Shown: positions 1 to 13,494 of the stretch, piece after piece
How the letters are laid out: every line of letters begins with the position of its first letter
Numbering within the stretch: the first letter of the stretch is position 1
The notes under the pieces: generated by a model
Database searches by the model: none
What the model was told of the DNA's origin: nothing
What the model saw: the letters and a program-made list of their open reading frames with translations, nothing else
NCBI RefSeq assembly: GCF_001447785.1
Contig: NW_015177023.1
Coordinates: 884,531-948,530, forward strand
Reading direction: 5' to 3'
Length of the DNA: 64,000 nucleotides
Origin: Gekko japonicus
Lineage: Eukaryota
Program-made: the position numbers and the translations under genes

Positions 1-86
1 AGGGAAAGGAGTTTGTAAGCCGCTCTGAGACACCTTTGGGTAGTGAAGGGCGGGGTGTAAATCCAATCTCTTCTTCTCTTCTTCTT
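1..86 (+). mobile_element. Squam3-type SINE, 3' end with (TCT)n tail
   Basis: tttgtaagccgctctgagac...gaagggcgggg..taaatccaatctcttcttct. Reverse complement of the tail of the copies at 34817-35107 and 44381-44645. Confidence 0.75.
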
Positions 87-606
87 ATGTTCACCTAATG
101 TTCTGGTTTTTAAAGCAATCACTGGAGTTCTCAATCCTATACTGAAGCATGCATATCAGATTTTTCTTGTGATTCATTTTATACTCAGACTACATCTATA
201 ACTTAGCCACAATTGGCTGCATTTGTCTAGGAGGACTTCTGACTTGTTTTCTCAGCTAACCTCCACTCCACTGCAAGTTTCTGTACCTGTGAATTTTGGC
301 TGCTGTATAGTTGTCAGCAGTTCAGCAATGTGGTTGACTTCCTGGTATTCTCAACACCCAAGACATTCTGGACCTAGAATAGCTGAGGAGCACATTAATC
401 CATACGTACCTATCCCTCTCTATTATGATCTTCAGAGGGGACCCTGCTCTATGTTAAGGAAGACCCTTGTAGTTCAAGCTGAGGCATTTCTCAAAAGAAT
501 GGCAAGACCACTATATTTCAACAGGCCTTATACTAAAAATCCTCTGACATGCAGTTATTGAAATGAATTTTTTTGGGAGGAGAAGGTTAAGTTGTTAGCA
601 TTTAAT

Positions 607-985
607 TGCTCCAGTTTTACATGGCTTGTTTTTAAAATAAGCTGTGGTTTCTAAGTACTTTTGATATCTGTAGTTCTAATGTGCATGTGATTGCATGGGG
701 CATTGAGCTAATATAGAAAGGTCAAATATTTGTATCCAGCATTTCCCTGGAAAAGACAAGGCCAAGGCATCAATAACATTCTTTTTTCTTTTTCTATGCT
801 CCAGTTTTACATGGCTTGTTTTTAAAATAAGCTGTGGTTTCTAAGTACTTTTGATATTTGTAGTTCTAATGTGCATGTGATTGCATGGGGCATTGAGCTA
901 ATATAGAAAGGTCAAATATTTGTATCCAGCATTTCCCTGGAAAAGACAAGGCCAAGGCATCAATAATATTCTTTTTTTTTCTTTA
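607..985. repeat. Near-identical 190-bp tandem duplication
   Basis: 607-796 is repeated at 797-985 with about 2 substitutions outside the terminal T-tract. Confidence 0.95.
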
Positions 986-1237
986 CTTGTACGCATTTCA
1001 TGGGTGTTTTTCAGAAAAGCAACAACTAGTGACTTAGATTCTACTTTACATTTCTGATGGCAGATGTGCCTTCATTGAATAGGGATGCAATTTATGCTGT
1101 AAGCCCTCACACTGCCCCCAGAATTTCGGGATGTTATGTGGGAAGAAAGTCACACTCCACTTATGGAAGACCTCATGTCAAAGTAAGGTTCTTCTGCTCC
1201 AGTTAATAGTACTTTAATGCAGAGTATTTACATTCCC

Positions 1238-1375
1238 TTAAGAACCTAAGAGGAGCCCTGCTGGATCAGACCAGTGGTCCATCTAGTCCTGAATCTTGAC
1301 TCACACTCTGGCCAACCAGTTATTCTGGAAGGCCAACAACAGGGCATAGAGGCTGAGATCTTCCCCTGATTCTAG
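1238..1375 (-). mobile_element. CR1 LINE 3' UTR fragment
   Basis: taagaacctaagaggagccctgctggatcagaccagtggtccatctagtcc is the typical reverse-oriented squamate CR1 3' terminus. Confidence 0.65.
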
Positions 1376-2498
1376 GTCTTCCTTCTGCTGAATGAGAAAA
1401 ACTCCCTCATAAAGAGTTGCCACAGCAGAAGGGAGTCCTTCGATTCAACTCACTGAGCTTCAGGAAACACAAGCAAGGATTTTATTTTACAAAACTATCT
1501 TTTCCACAGTTTTTTTTAACCACTACCGATTTCTATAGTATATCTATTTCTATGAAGTGAAAGATCAGCAATTAAGGAATTCAAGACTTGCGAGGTCCAC
1601 CTTGATACTGTAATATACAAATAAATTTCTGAATACTGAATATACAAATACATTTCCATCCTGATTGTTATTACAAATCTTTCCCCCTAGCTCTCTTGCA
1701 TTTCTTGATACAACTCACGCTTTCCATACATTACAAAATGAAATTCTTGAAATAAAATAAAAATTGTAATGACGTGAAGACACCAGCAAGGGGAGTAGTT
1801 ACACTTTGGGAAGCTCTCTCTGTGTTTGGCTGAAGAAAACTATGTGGAAATAATAAATACGTTGGTGTTGGGATTTATAAACAATGGTGAGGACAGGCAT
1901 TTTGATGTAGCAAAAAAGAAAAAGATCCAAACAAAACAAAGCCCTGATCCTTTAATGATTGTTTCTGAATGAGAAGGGAAAACACAAAGGAAGCAGACAT
2001 GCATCATTAGAGCAACACATTAAGATAGCAGAGTGCATTAAAGGAAAAAAGGGAAGCTTCAGTATGTCATTTTCCTTTTTTAAACCTTCAACAGCAATGG
2101 CCATAATATATAAGGTCTCCTAAAGAAATAATGCTGTGGGAGAAGCAGTGTAAAAAAGGAAACTGTCTGCTCATAGCTTCTAAAAAATCTGGCAGCTACT
2201 AAGATTTTTGAAACATAAAGTGGAATTCCCAGTTGCTTTCCTTAATCAACCATTTGATCCTTTGAAGTATTCTGTCATTATTTTTTCTATTAATGACCTT
2301 CCAGAGGTCATTAGGTCATTTATTACTTGTTTTAAAACGTAATCAGGCAGATTGCTCTTTCTAAGTCCAAGATACTTTACTTCCATTGGAAGGAACAGAT
2401 GAGAAATGCTCAAATATAACCTCCATGTGACGTCCAATTATCTTTCACAAGCAGAGATGACAGTCTGCCAGTATGGGCCAGTACATAGTACTGGTGAG

Positions 2499-2707
2499 CA
2501 ATGTTCCCTCTAAGCTGTGGAGTTTTGTGAGCAAAAATTCTACTTTGTGAGCTACTGGCATTAAAGTTGTGAGCAAGCTATTTGGTTACTGCATAATTAG
2601 TTTGCTCTGGAGTCATCCTTCCTGAGCTAAGACAATAATCTGTGAGCTGGAGGCTAAAGAACTGTGAGCTAGGTCACACTAACTCACTTAGCTTAGAGGG
2701 AACACTG
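2499..2707. mobile_element. Non-autonomous hAT transposon (MITE)
   Basis: TIRs caatgttccctctaagct / agcttagagggaacactg. Perfect 8-bp TSD CTGGTGAG at 2491-2498 and 2708-2715. Internal tgtgagc repeats. Confidence 0.9.
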
Positions 2708-3687
2708 CTGGTGAGGAAGAGGCCAAAGTGGCACATCCCAGCTTTTGCTTTGGGCTACCCTCCTTTCTCAACAGAGATTACTGGTAAGAAATGTAAATTA
2801 CTTTAATCCTTGTTCATAAAAAGCAGTGGATACAAGATTATGTTTTCATTATATTCTCAGTTTGGACCATGTTAGCCTCTAGCATTCATACTTCCCAAAC
2901 AAGAATCTATCCCATTCATAGTATTTATACAATGAGAAATAGAAGTGTATCTAATGATGCTCTAGAGGGGGGGAAAGAAAGTAGGACTCATCAAGGGGTA
3001 TAGCTGTGTGGCTTTGCAACCAGTTTAAGCAAAGATCAACATTCTTGCCTATTTGATCTGGCAGAGAGCTGAAACCCCACAGTAATGAACTATTAGGCAT
3101 CATCTGATTCTCCCCGAGCACAATGGAGATGAAGATGGTGATGAATATGAAGATGATAGAGTCCTATGTAACAAAGATCTAGGTATCCAAAATGATTTGA
3201 ATCAAGGACTAAGATTTCCTCAAGAGGTCTGCATGACACAGAGAAGAATCTCATCCTCTGCATTATTCAGCACTATTGCTACTCTGTATTTTCTGCTTTG
3301 TACCAACATCTTTCCCAATCCCTTTCTTCCATTTGCAGACCTTCATTGTGCTTCTAATGGGTGCCAACTTTTTAATATTTAAATCAATGTAAATATTTCC
3401 TACCCCAGAAAATCTGGAATAATTATTTTGTCTAAAGATTTCTGCCACAGCCCAATCGTCTCCAGTTTCCCTCCAAGACAGGAGATGTTTATACCACAAT
3501 GTCACAGATCATTTTGTAAGTTCCTCTTTGAAATCTTGTTTTTCTTTTGTGTTAAGAAGGCTGATGTGTTCTGTTACCAGATGCTATGCTTTAAATATAT
3601 TTCTCAAGTCTTCTATATACTCAAGAGTTCTGTATTTCAAAACTGCTTGAAAACTACATTACTGGAGCAATGTGAGCTATTCCTAAA

Positions 3688-3960
3688 GGTCGAATCTGCA
3701 TTTGTCTTTCCCACTGGTGTCCAAGCCTTCTGACTCCGTCTTTAAAAAAGCTGTCTACATTTGCTTTCGGTTTCACACCTCAACAATGCTAGCATACTTG
3801 TGCATGTCTGCATATGTTGCCCTCTCATGCGGCTCCATTGTCAATGCACCTCTGCACCGTTTTAGATGAATGTTCTCCAAACAAATTTCAAACAAGCATA
3901 GAGAAAGACAGCGTCACAGCAGCACAAAACTGATTTAAAAATGCAAATGCAGATTCGACC
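3688..3960. mobile_element. PIF/Harbinger-like MITE
   Basis: Perfect 17-bp TIR ggtcgaatctgcatttg / caaatgcagattcgacc with a 3-bp flanking duplication (aaa). Confidence 0.75.
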
Positions 3961-4155
3961 AAAGAGTCAATACAATTACCCTTGTAAAAGACAATGTGCT
4001 GTGAAGGCAACAAAAATCTGGGGGAATGTATGCATGTGCAACAGTATGTAGTCTCAACTAACATTAAAGAACTTGAATAGTCCTATTTTACTTTGAATTT
4101 TTACTTATAATACACGTAATGGGGGAAAGATCAAGGTGGGCAGCCTTTTCATTGC

Positions 4156-4245
4156 CTGACGAAGTGTGCCTGCACACGAAAGCTCACACCTTGAATAAAA
4201 CTTTGTTGGTCTTAAAGGTGCCACTGGACTCTAACTTTGTTTTAA
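4156..4245 (+). mobile_element. Penelope-like element pLTR fragment with hammerhead ribozyme core
   Basis: CTGACGA-A-GTGTG(CCTG)CACAC-GAAA-GC-TC followed by aataaaactttgttggtcttaaaggtgccactggact. Same family as 52090-52240. Confidence 0.75.
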
Positions 4246-6329
4246 TGGGGGGAAATGAGAGACAAAATCTGACATGACCTTAAGTAACCCTAACCCTTAA
4301 GTGTTGACAGATTGCTACATAACATCAAAATAAAGCTGGACATTTTGGGATATTAACAACATCCCCAAAACAATTAACAACAATATAGAAAAAAGCATGT
4401 ACTTGATAATCCAGAATACTCAGAATAACCAGCACTGCTCAGAGGGTAAGCTCTTCCCCCTCAGCCACCACACCTTTGCAACTTCAGGTGCCCCTGCATT
4501 CTATTCCTGCATCTCCAGCTGGCCAACTTGATACCTCCAGCCCTTGCTGAGCGCTTGACAGCTGGCACTACCAGCTGATGTCATTCTCACATGCCTCCTT
4601 TCCTGCCTAGAGCTGTTGGGAGCCAGCTATGCTGGCAAGCTCCCAGGAAGCTTACCTGTTTCTCTGCCTGCTGTATAGGATGGGCCCATGGCTCGTGGGG
4701 GGGGGGAAGAGTCCCACCAAACATAGGCCTGTCACCATAGCATTCCCAATGGGGTAGGATTTGGTAACTGTGGATTCCTCTAGGTAGAGGACAGGTCAGA
4801 GCAGAGCAATAAGCCTGAGTTCCTCGTGCATTTGATTAACCAGCAACTCTAATTTCCAAAGAGAACCTGGTAGCAAAGCTTTTTACTGTTCATCTTATGA
4901 GCTAAATATACAGAATTCATTTGCCCTGAAGTACCACCTGATGACTCGAACAGCTACCATATTTCTTTATGTATAGATATGATTTGCAGAGTTCAGATCG
5001 CTAGTGAAGAACTCCCTTCTCCTCTCGCCTTGGTTTTCAGGATCACCTGACTCTCAACCCCATTGGTGCCCTAACATTATTTCCAGTTCTTTGTTAAAGC
5101 ATTTTTCATGACCCTGTTTGAAAATGACATCTACTTCTGCCTGTTCCTCTGCTATTACTGTGTAAGCAAAACCAAGCTCTTCTGCTTCTGCACTGTCAAA
5201 ACCTTTGACTGGTGAGACCTACGTTACTCTCTCAGTCTAACGTTTTCCAATCAGTTTTCATCCACCCCCTCACTGTTCCATATTCATGATAGGAAATCTA
5301 ATTTCAACACTGTCTGGAACTTAATTCTGAGCATGTATCTTTGTAAAATGGACCTGTACATGAAAAGAAGCATATTTTGTTTGTAAGAGAGTATGCATAA
5401 TTACACTTTGGGTAAAACAATTATGCCTGAAACCAACTGGTTGAAGTATGAAGCAGAGAACCAGGGTGGTGTAGCAGTTGGTGTCGGACTAGGATCTAGG
5501 AGACCCCGGTTCATTTCCCCACTGTGCCATAGAAGCTTGCTGGGCGAACTGAATTTATCTTTTAGAATTTCAATGACATTTTTAAAAAGTCACTGGGTTA
5601 GAAGAGAAATCTGATTTTAATACATTAAACACCCACATAATCTCTTTAAACGGACCATACATACTTTTGCAAATTATTCCACTATGCACACTGGAGACCA
5701 AGGGCTTAGCTGCCCTCTGAACACCAGTGTGGGATCCTAATCGTTCAAACTGTTCAAAGTCACTGGTACCTGGCGATCAAACACATAATATGTCTACCCA
5801 ACTTGGAAATTAAATTCCTGTGCAGATGTTAAGAAGTAGATGGACACACAAGGAAGGTGAAGGGTACATGTACGTATTCATTTCCTACAATAAGTAGATG
5901 AGCAGTTAGCAAAAGTAGTCTAATCAAACCATTAGATTCAATACTACTTTTCTATATGTAGAAGGGTTTTCTCCCTCAATGACAGGGTTAAGTACTATAA
6001 ATGGTACAGTATGCCATGTATTTACTATTGTGGCATTTTTAAATTGTGTTTTACTGTTTAACTAACCATTCATAGCATCATGAGAAAGTCACATATAAAC
6101 AATCAAACCAATTTAAAGTCAAAACAAAAAGCAAGTAACTTTTAGTGGTACTCCATTAAAGGAAGGAAGATGTACAACTGTTTGATGTGTTTTTCTTTAA
6201 ATGGAAGGTAAAGGGGAAAGCCGTTTGGAAGCCATATTCTGCTCTGTAACTCTCAGTAGCAGGAGTTTAACATGCAGGTATGACACCCAGCTCTATTTCT
6301 CCTTAATAGCTGAGTCGGGTAGGTCTGTA

Positions 6330-7600
6330 GAAGATGGGATGAATGAGGGGCAATAAAATGAAGCTCAATACAGACAATCATGATGTGCTATTGGTCAATG
6401 TCTGCTGAGGGTTGTACTTCCCCAAAGAAGCAAGTTCCTTGCTCATGGGAGCTGCTAAGACTGTAGCATACAGCTAGAGGTTCAGGTTTCCTCCATAACA
6501 TGTAGCACCATTCATCAGCTTGAATGCTTGCATCCTTTCCAATCTGGTTTTAGGCCTAGTTATGGGACTGAAATGGTCTTGGTCATCATAGTGGTTGTTC
6601 TGTGCCAGGAGAGGGATGAAGGGGATGTGAACCTGTTGATTCTCCTGGACCTATCAATGGCTTCTAATATGATCAATCATGATGTTCTGAACTGCCTTTG
6701 AGAGTTGGAAGCCATCGTTTTGTGATAGTTTCATACCAACATGGAAAAAAGGTTTCAGAAGGTGGTGCTGAGGAAGTACAGCTTGGCCCTTTGGCATATG
6801 GGGTCCTGCAAAGTTCCATTTTGTCTCCCATGCTTTTAAACATCGAAATGGAAAACATCGAAATGGAAAATACCAGATAAGTTCATCCACAGCTTTCGGG
6901 TTGGTTTGTTACCAATATGCAGATAATATTCAGCTCTTTCTCATGATTCCAGCACATCCCAGAGAAGCTGGGGAAAAGCAGTGCATGGAGGCAGTTTGGG
7001 GATAAATGACAGCTAATGACCTGAAACTTAATCACAAGAAGATGGAGATGCTACTGGTAGGGAGAAAAACTGACCCAGAAACTGAAGTGTATCCCCCTAA
7101 AGGAGCAGGTTTGTAGCTTTCTGGGTTCCACTGGATAAGTAGGTGGCCTAACCAGCGGCAGCCCTTCATGGGCAGGAAAGATCATGCCACTGTGCTGCAT
7201 CTAGATTAAATTACTTCAGTGGGCTATATGTGGGGCTACAGAATGCTGCACCCAGAATGTTGACTGGAGTTGACTGGATACTAGTTTTGTTCCATCTACA
7301 CTGGCCCCCAATTAGCTTATGGACCTAATTCTAGGTGCTGGAATTGGTCTTTAAAGCCCGGTATCACTTGGGACCAATATACCTTAAAGACCACTTACTA
7401 CCATATGAATCCATCCAATGGTTACAACAAACTTTGGGGGCCCTGCTTCAGGTGCCCCATCACCTGAGGCTAAAAAGGTGGCTACCTGAGAAAGGGTCTT
7501 CTCAATCACAGCACGAAAACTGTGGCATCCCCCCCCCAAAGGAAATGAGCTGGTCACCAGTGGGTTAAGATATTTTTTATTTCATTTGACATTCCCTTAC
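6330..7600 (+). mobile_element. Degraded L2 LINE (RT region)
   Basis: Fragments FQSGFRPSYGTE..V, LLILLDLS, GVLQSSILSPML, QYADNIQL, LKLNHKKME and a C-terminal L..FKA..LGP.YLKDHLLPY, with frameshifts. Confidence 0.8.
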
Positions 7601-7989
7601 TGATGTACCTTACTGTTTATTTTAGACACACACAAACACACACACAAATGAAAAATGAAATTATTGTATTGCGTTGTGTGTGGAATAGCCAGGAGATCCC
7701 CAGGGGGATTGTTTGGATAGCAAAACTAGTTCTTTTTTGGCACCACTAGGTGGCAAGCTAAACTGAGAGTGCCGTGACCTGCTTACTGTCACCCATCTAC
7801 CTTCAAGTGGGGAACTGAACCCAGTTCGCCAGATTAGAGTCCACTGCTCTTAACCACTGCACCAAACACTCCCCCCCCCATAGTGTTTTAAGATTTGCTT
7901 TTAATATATTTCTAGCTGGTCACCACCTTTAGGACCCTAACTGGCTGGAAAGGCAGGATCAGAGTGGTTTAAATAAACTAATATGGCCA

Positions 7990-8555
7990 TGGTGACCCAT
8001 ACTCTGGGGTCCTGTCGCTTAGATTACTCTATTGCACTTTATGTGTGGCTGTTGTTGCCAACTTCAATTGGTCCCAAATGTAGCTGTCAGGTTACTGTCA
8101 GATGATAGACACAATTCAAAGTCCTGAACAGTTTAGGACTGGGGTTCTAAGAGGACTGCCTCTTGAGGTATTGTCCAGCCCACTAGGTTGAACCTTCACC
8201 ACAAAGTTTCTGCCATCATCCACAGAAGTGAAGTAGGTGGCAATTACAGACAGGGCTTTTCCAGTGGTGGCTCCTCCACTTTGAGGCTTGCCTGGCACCT
8301 AACTTACTTTCCATTAGATGACAAGCAAAGCATTTATTTTTACACAGACTTTTAACTAAGGGTCCCATATTTTTCAGCTGTTTTATGGCTTGCTGCAAGC
8401 CTGAGGATGTTTTAGCATTATCATTTAATGCTCACTGCTTGCTTTATGCTGTTGTTCCCTTCTGGCATATTATTAATGACTTGTTTTGTTTTATTGTTTC
8501 GGGAGTTGCCTCAAACGGGTTTCTGGCATTTATATTTTCTAAATAAATAAATAAT
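7990..8555 (+). mobile_element. L2 LINE 3' fragment
   Basis: Remnants of RLDY..AL..G and RAFPVVAPPL, ending in an (AAAT)n tail. Confidence 0.55.
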
Positions 8556-10427
8556 TCAAAAAGTGTTTTGGTGTTTGATTAGCAGTGAAACCAAGGTAGT
8601 CTGCTTGCAGCTGTTTTTCTAACAATGGTTAGAGACAACTGAAAGGGTTTTACTAAAGTTTCAGTGAAGCTAATATTTCCATCTTTATTCCGTCTCATGT
8701 TTAAACTTTGTAGGCCCCTTTGCATTACCTGTTTATATTCTCCACTCTTTGTAAGCAGGTGCTAAATACACTGTTTGCTTCCCCATTTATCACACTAATG
8801 AAGTTGTTAATTGTTCATTTAAGAACTTGGACCTGTGGATGATCTCTGTGGCACAAGATTATCTCTTTCCCCAACCAGTCATGCCCATTATCATTTGTCA
8901 CTGTCATCCACTATTCATGTGTCTTTCTTCTTATCCAAGTCAATCTGCTTTGCTTTATATGCAACAGCATCAGATACATTGCTAAATTTTAAGGGACACT
9001 ATTTTAACTTCAACCAGTAAGTGTCTTAATTTAGCTCCAAAGGGTCCATGCTTTAGGAAATAACTGTATAATGCTTCCAGTCACATGCTGTAAAATGCCA
9101 TCAAAATAAACCCAAAAAATATTGAAAATTAGGCTTCGTAAAAATGTGCAAGAGATATCTCATACGACTTTTCCATATTAGGTTTCAAGCACCCAAATGG
9201 AATGGCAATAAAAGAGTTGCTGTAAAACCTACAGGCTTGGATCCAAAGATGTCTTTGCTGACAAGGCAGTGCCAGTATTATGGGGAGGGGCAGCATCTAC
9301 TTGATTTTTGAGGGTTCTTTTCTGTTTTTAAGCACAGATATTTGGTAAAGTTACCCATGAATTAGTTTTCTTTTTTACAAGGTATTTAGAAAGCAACAAG
9401 TTGTGCAGAGCCAACCTTTCTGAGCTTTATTACATTAGGTGATATAAATAAATATATGTATGTAATGATATTCAGAAGATAAATAGGCTTTTAGCAGTAT
9501 CCAAAAGTACAGACACATCTTCTTAAAGCAGGTGGGTTAAACATAAAGGCAGGCTAAGTTCAGCCACCATTACTCACAGCTCCTTATGGACGTTGAAACC
9601 AAACAGCTGAAGCTTACCAAGCACTACGGCAGCAGCTTTGAACTCCAGTTGGAAGATAAAAACAACAACAACAACAAATGAAGAGATCGGGAGCCTGAAA
9701 AACTGTTATTGCCAACAGGCTTTAACAATATGAATTATGTGCCAGGCATTGCAACACTGCTTCATAGATAGCCAAGGGACAACAAAGATCAAGATCTGAA
9801 TGTTACAAGTCAATGCTTAAGCAGATGTGCCTTGCAACCAAGATTTATTTTCATTGATTTAAAACATTTTTATGCCACCTTTCAATGCAATCAGGTTCCC
9901 CAGGGCGGCACAAAATCCAGACCAGCATGCCATTACAGCTCTGCAGTCCTTCAGTGAAGAGCAGCAGGATGCATTGCCATTATAGGACAAATGGTCATAG
10001 TAAGTTCTAGGGTTTTCGATGTCAAGAACAGACACAGCCAGAAATTAAGATGGAAAGTTAGACAGAGAAAAGAAATTCTCCCTCACCAGCCCAAATATAA
10101 AAAGTTAAGTGTGATAAGAGTGGAAAACACAGTGTCAAGGGAAGACACACAAGACAACGAAATCAAATGAAACCAAAAGAAGGTTGAATTAAAAAGGCAG
10201 ATAACAAGAGTTTAATACTTTACATTTACTTTACATTTTGATTTCTATACCGCCCACGACCCCTAATGGGTCTCAGAGCGGTTTACAATGCACTACTTAT
10301 GTAGTTAATTACCTAACTAGGGGCACAATTTCACGGGGAAGGGATTGCCTAACAGCACCCATGCGGCGTGCTTGACATATCAAGAGAAAAGAGCTTGACA
10401 TATCAAGGAAACAGAGAAAAGCAGCAG

Positions 10428-10965
10428 GGTTCAAGTCCAATAGCACCTTAGATACCAACAATATTTTTTGGGGGGGTGTCTGAGTTTTGGAGAGTCAATG
10501 CTTCCTTTGCCAGATATCTGACGAAGGGAGCATGACTCTCAAAAGCTCATACCCTAAAAATATTGTTGGTCTCTAAGGTGCTACCAGGAGCTGCGGTGGC
10601 TCAAGTGGTTAAGACGCTGAACTGCAGGCTGTGGAAGGTTAGTAGTTCAGCAGTTTGAGACCCGAGTGTGCCACATGACGGAGTGAGCTCCCGTCTCTAG
10701 TTCCAGCTCCTGCCAACCTAGCAGTTCGAAAGCAAGAAATTGCAAGTAGATAAATAGGTACCACTTCAGTGGGAAGGTAACAGTGTTCCATGCGCCTTGG
10801 TGTTTAGTCATGCCGGCCACATGACCACAGATACGTCTTCGGACAGCGCTGGCTCTTCGGCTTTTTAACGGAGAAGAGCACCGCAATGCTAGAGTCGGAA
10901 TTGACCGGCTTTCGAGCAAGGGAACCTTTATCTTTTTAAGGTGCTACCGGACTTGAATCTAGCAA
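10428..10965. mobile_element. Palindromic (head-to-head) Penelope-like pLTR pair interrupted by a Sauria SINE
   Basis: Inverted arms centred on cagatatctg (10511-10520). Each arm has a decayed CTGANGA..GAAA hammerhead motif and the ttggtctctaaggtgctac...ggacttgaa tail. Confidence 0.75.
10586..10936 (+). mobile_element. Sauria SINE (Squam1), full length
   Basis: tRNA-like head ggagctgcggtggctcaagtggttaag, core ctcctgccaacctagcagttcgaaagc, BovB-like 3' end and ACCTTT tail. 12-bp TSD TAAGGTGCTACC at 10574-10585 and 10937-10948. Confidence 0.92.
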
Positions 10966-13494
10966 TGGGAAGGGGAATTGTAAAAATCACTCCCTCTCTT
11001 CTGCTAGCAGAAGATAACAATTGAATTCCCTTGTTCCTTCATTTTTTAAAAAGGTATCATAATGAGAAAACATTCAATAAAAGAAAAATTAAAATAAAGG
11101 ATACTGGAGCATATTTCTCAAGGAAACATGTTTAGAACTCTATCTTTGGACAAAAGACCACCCTGGGAGGCAGGATAGAGGTTTATTAGATTATGATGAT
11201 GGACTGAGAAAGTGGTCCGTTTCTCTCCCTCTCATACTAGAACTTGGACTCACCCAATTAAGTTCAATGGCATCAGTCTGACAAACATAAATGGACTGCA
11301 TGGAACTCCACTAACAAAATGCATTGACAGGATTAGCCCCATTCTCCATGAATCTACCTATCAACAGCTATTAGCTATGAGAGTTAAGTAGGTTCTCCAT
11401 ATAAGAAAGAAGTATGTTTTTCTCAGCAGATGAGAGTGAAAACAATCCACAAGGGAAGGTCATCATCACCTTCAAGCAAGGGCTTACAATCTGTTAAAAA
11501 CATTTGGTTGGTTATTGTAAGAAATATAAGAACCACCTTCCCGGCCATTCTCCAAAATATTAAAGCAGAGATGCTCAAGATTCTACAAGAGTCACATCCT
11601 ACAAGGTATTCCATCTAGATGAGTCAGTGGAATCCCACTTCTGCTGAACAGTGTTCCAATTTATTCAGTATTCCAATGGCTATACTGCAAGATTCAGTAA
11701 GACAAGGAGACCAGCAGAGAAATAGTTTCCTACCTGTATTTTGTCAGAAAGAGGCAAAATGACAGTTCCTTTTACATTAATCATTTATCATTTCAGATTT
11801 GCTTTGCCTGCATAAATACAGGTATTTTAAAACAATGTGATTCCTTGCTTTTCCAGAATGATGCACCACAGCTGGATGTGTTTTTTGTTCTGTTTTTACT
11901 TGCACTCCATCTTAAATATGACTACCTATAAAATAAAATTTTCTTGGAAAACATTGTTTTGATTCTTCTCCACCTCAAGGTCCTCTTCACAGCTGTCTAT
12001 TTAGCAACCTGGTTTAAAATCCAGTTTGTTTTACCAGGAAAGCTAACATAAATCTTGCTGCACTCTCTTCCTTTTAATCTTAAGAAGCCAGTAACTCCTT
12101 TAGGTAGGCAGTATAAGAGCACCAATAAGTGGGAGCGATCAAAGGGGGGTTACCTTAGTCAATGGAAAATAATTTTTACTTACAGCAAGCAATATGACAC
12201 GAAACCTGCATGCAAAATGCTTTGAACTGCCAGAGAGAGACAACCAAAAGTCTGAAGAACACGATGAGAAATTGTCAAAAGCAACTGTTCTGTCCATGTC
12301 CATTATGTCTTGAAATGTGAAAAGTGTGATGTCCTTGAGAAAATCTGAAGGCGACATTCATTTTTAGATAATGGTAGCAAATGGCTTTAACAGTTCCAGA
12401 TACTCTATATAAAAGCAGAAGTTGTTTCTGTAGTATTTTCAGTGAACCATGTTCTGATGCCTAGCAACCACAGCAGAGTCAAAATGGCAACCCTCATCTG
12501 GAACTGAAGATTGCTGAAGATGCACAGATTGCTCTGTGTGCGCACAAAGGAGAAGGATGAGCAAAGTGGGTGCGTACTCCAGCTATTACTCCTTAATCTT
12601 GATTGTGCCAATTTGGATCAATCATGCCTTGGTGGAGAAACAACTGGGAAATAATCTGCCCTTACCATCATCATATCATCTAAATATCTGTTTCACAAGG
12701 GTGGCCCCTATCTGTGGATATAAATCCAGAGATCAGGGTCATGATGACTGTAAGGATCAGAACTTACAGATCTCGAGGCTTTAATTAAGTGTGATCAAGC
12801 TGTTCGTTTTTACAGGTTAGTTGCAGCCTGTTTGGGCCGAGCATTAATTAAAAGCATTTAGTGGCCTTGACCAGGGCATAAGACACTTTTATCTGGTTGT
12901 CAGCTGACTACGAGGGGGGGCAGCAATACCAGAGAGTACATACATACGCCGAGGCCTCGGTGACTGGAGGTATGACTACCCGGCAGAGGAAAGCCTGCAA
13001 GTATTTTGATGTCTCAGAGATTCAGCCTCTGCCCAGCACAAGTAGTTGGATTTTTTTTTTTAAGATTTAAGAATGATTCATGCATAGCAACACTCTTTAT
13101 TGCTTGAATGATTGAATAAAGGCATAAGCAGTTTTTAATGTGTTGGGAGTATTTGCTGAGCATCTGCTTACATCCTTGAAGGGAGCCCAGAAGCAAAAAG
13201 CCTGAACAAAGGACCAGGACCCGGTGAGAACCCCAAGGCCCCCAGGTGGCTATGAGTTCAGCGCCTGAGAACCGGAGAGGGACTGTCCTTGGCCCAGACA
13301 ATGACATTAAACAGATTTTCCTACAAACTTGGGGGACACTACAAGTTTGCAGAAAAATCTGAAATCTTAAAAAAAATTGGTGACAGGGGAGCCAATCCAA
13401 GCCCAGAGCCATGCCTGGCTCAGCAACAGGGGACCTGCTCTGGGCTTGAAGCAGCTTCTGGACATGCAGCTGCTATGGACAGTAAGGTAAGGAG

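Noticed and set aside
11734-11768. Possible small CHST9 coding exon (GTVILPLSDKIQ, CAG|gtagg donor)
   Set aside because: The acceptor lacks a pyrimidine tract and the peptide does not convincingly match the expected stem exon ending in ..ITNQ/IINQ.
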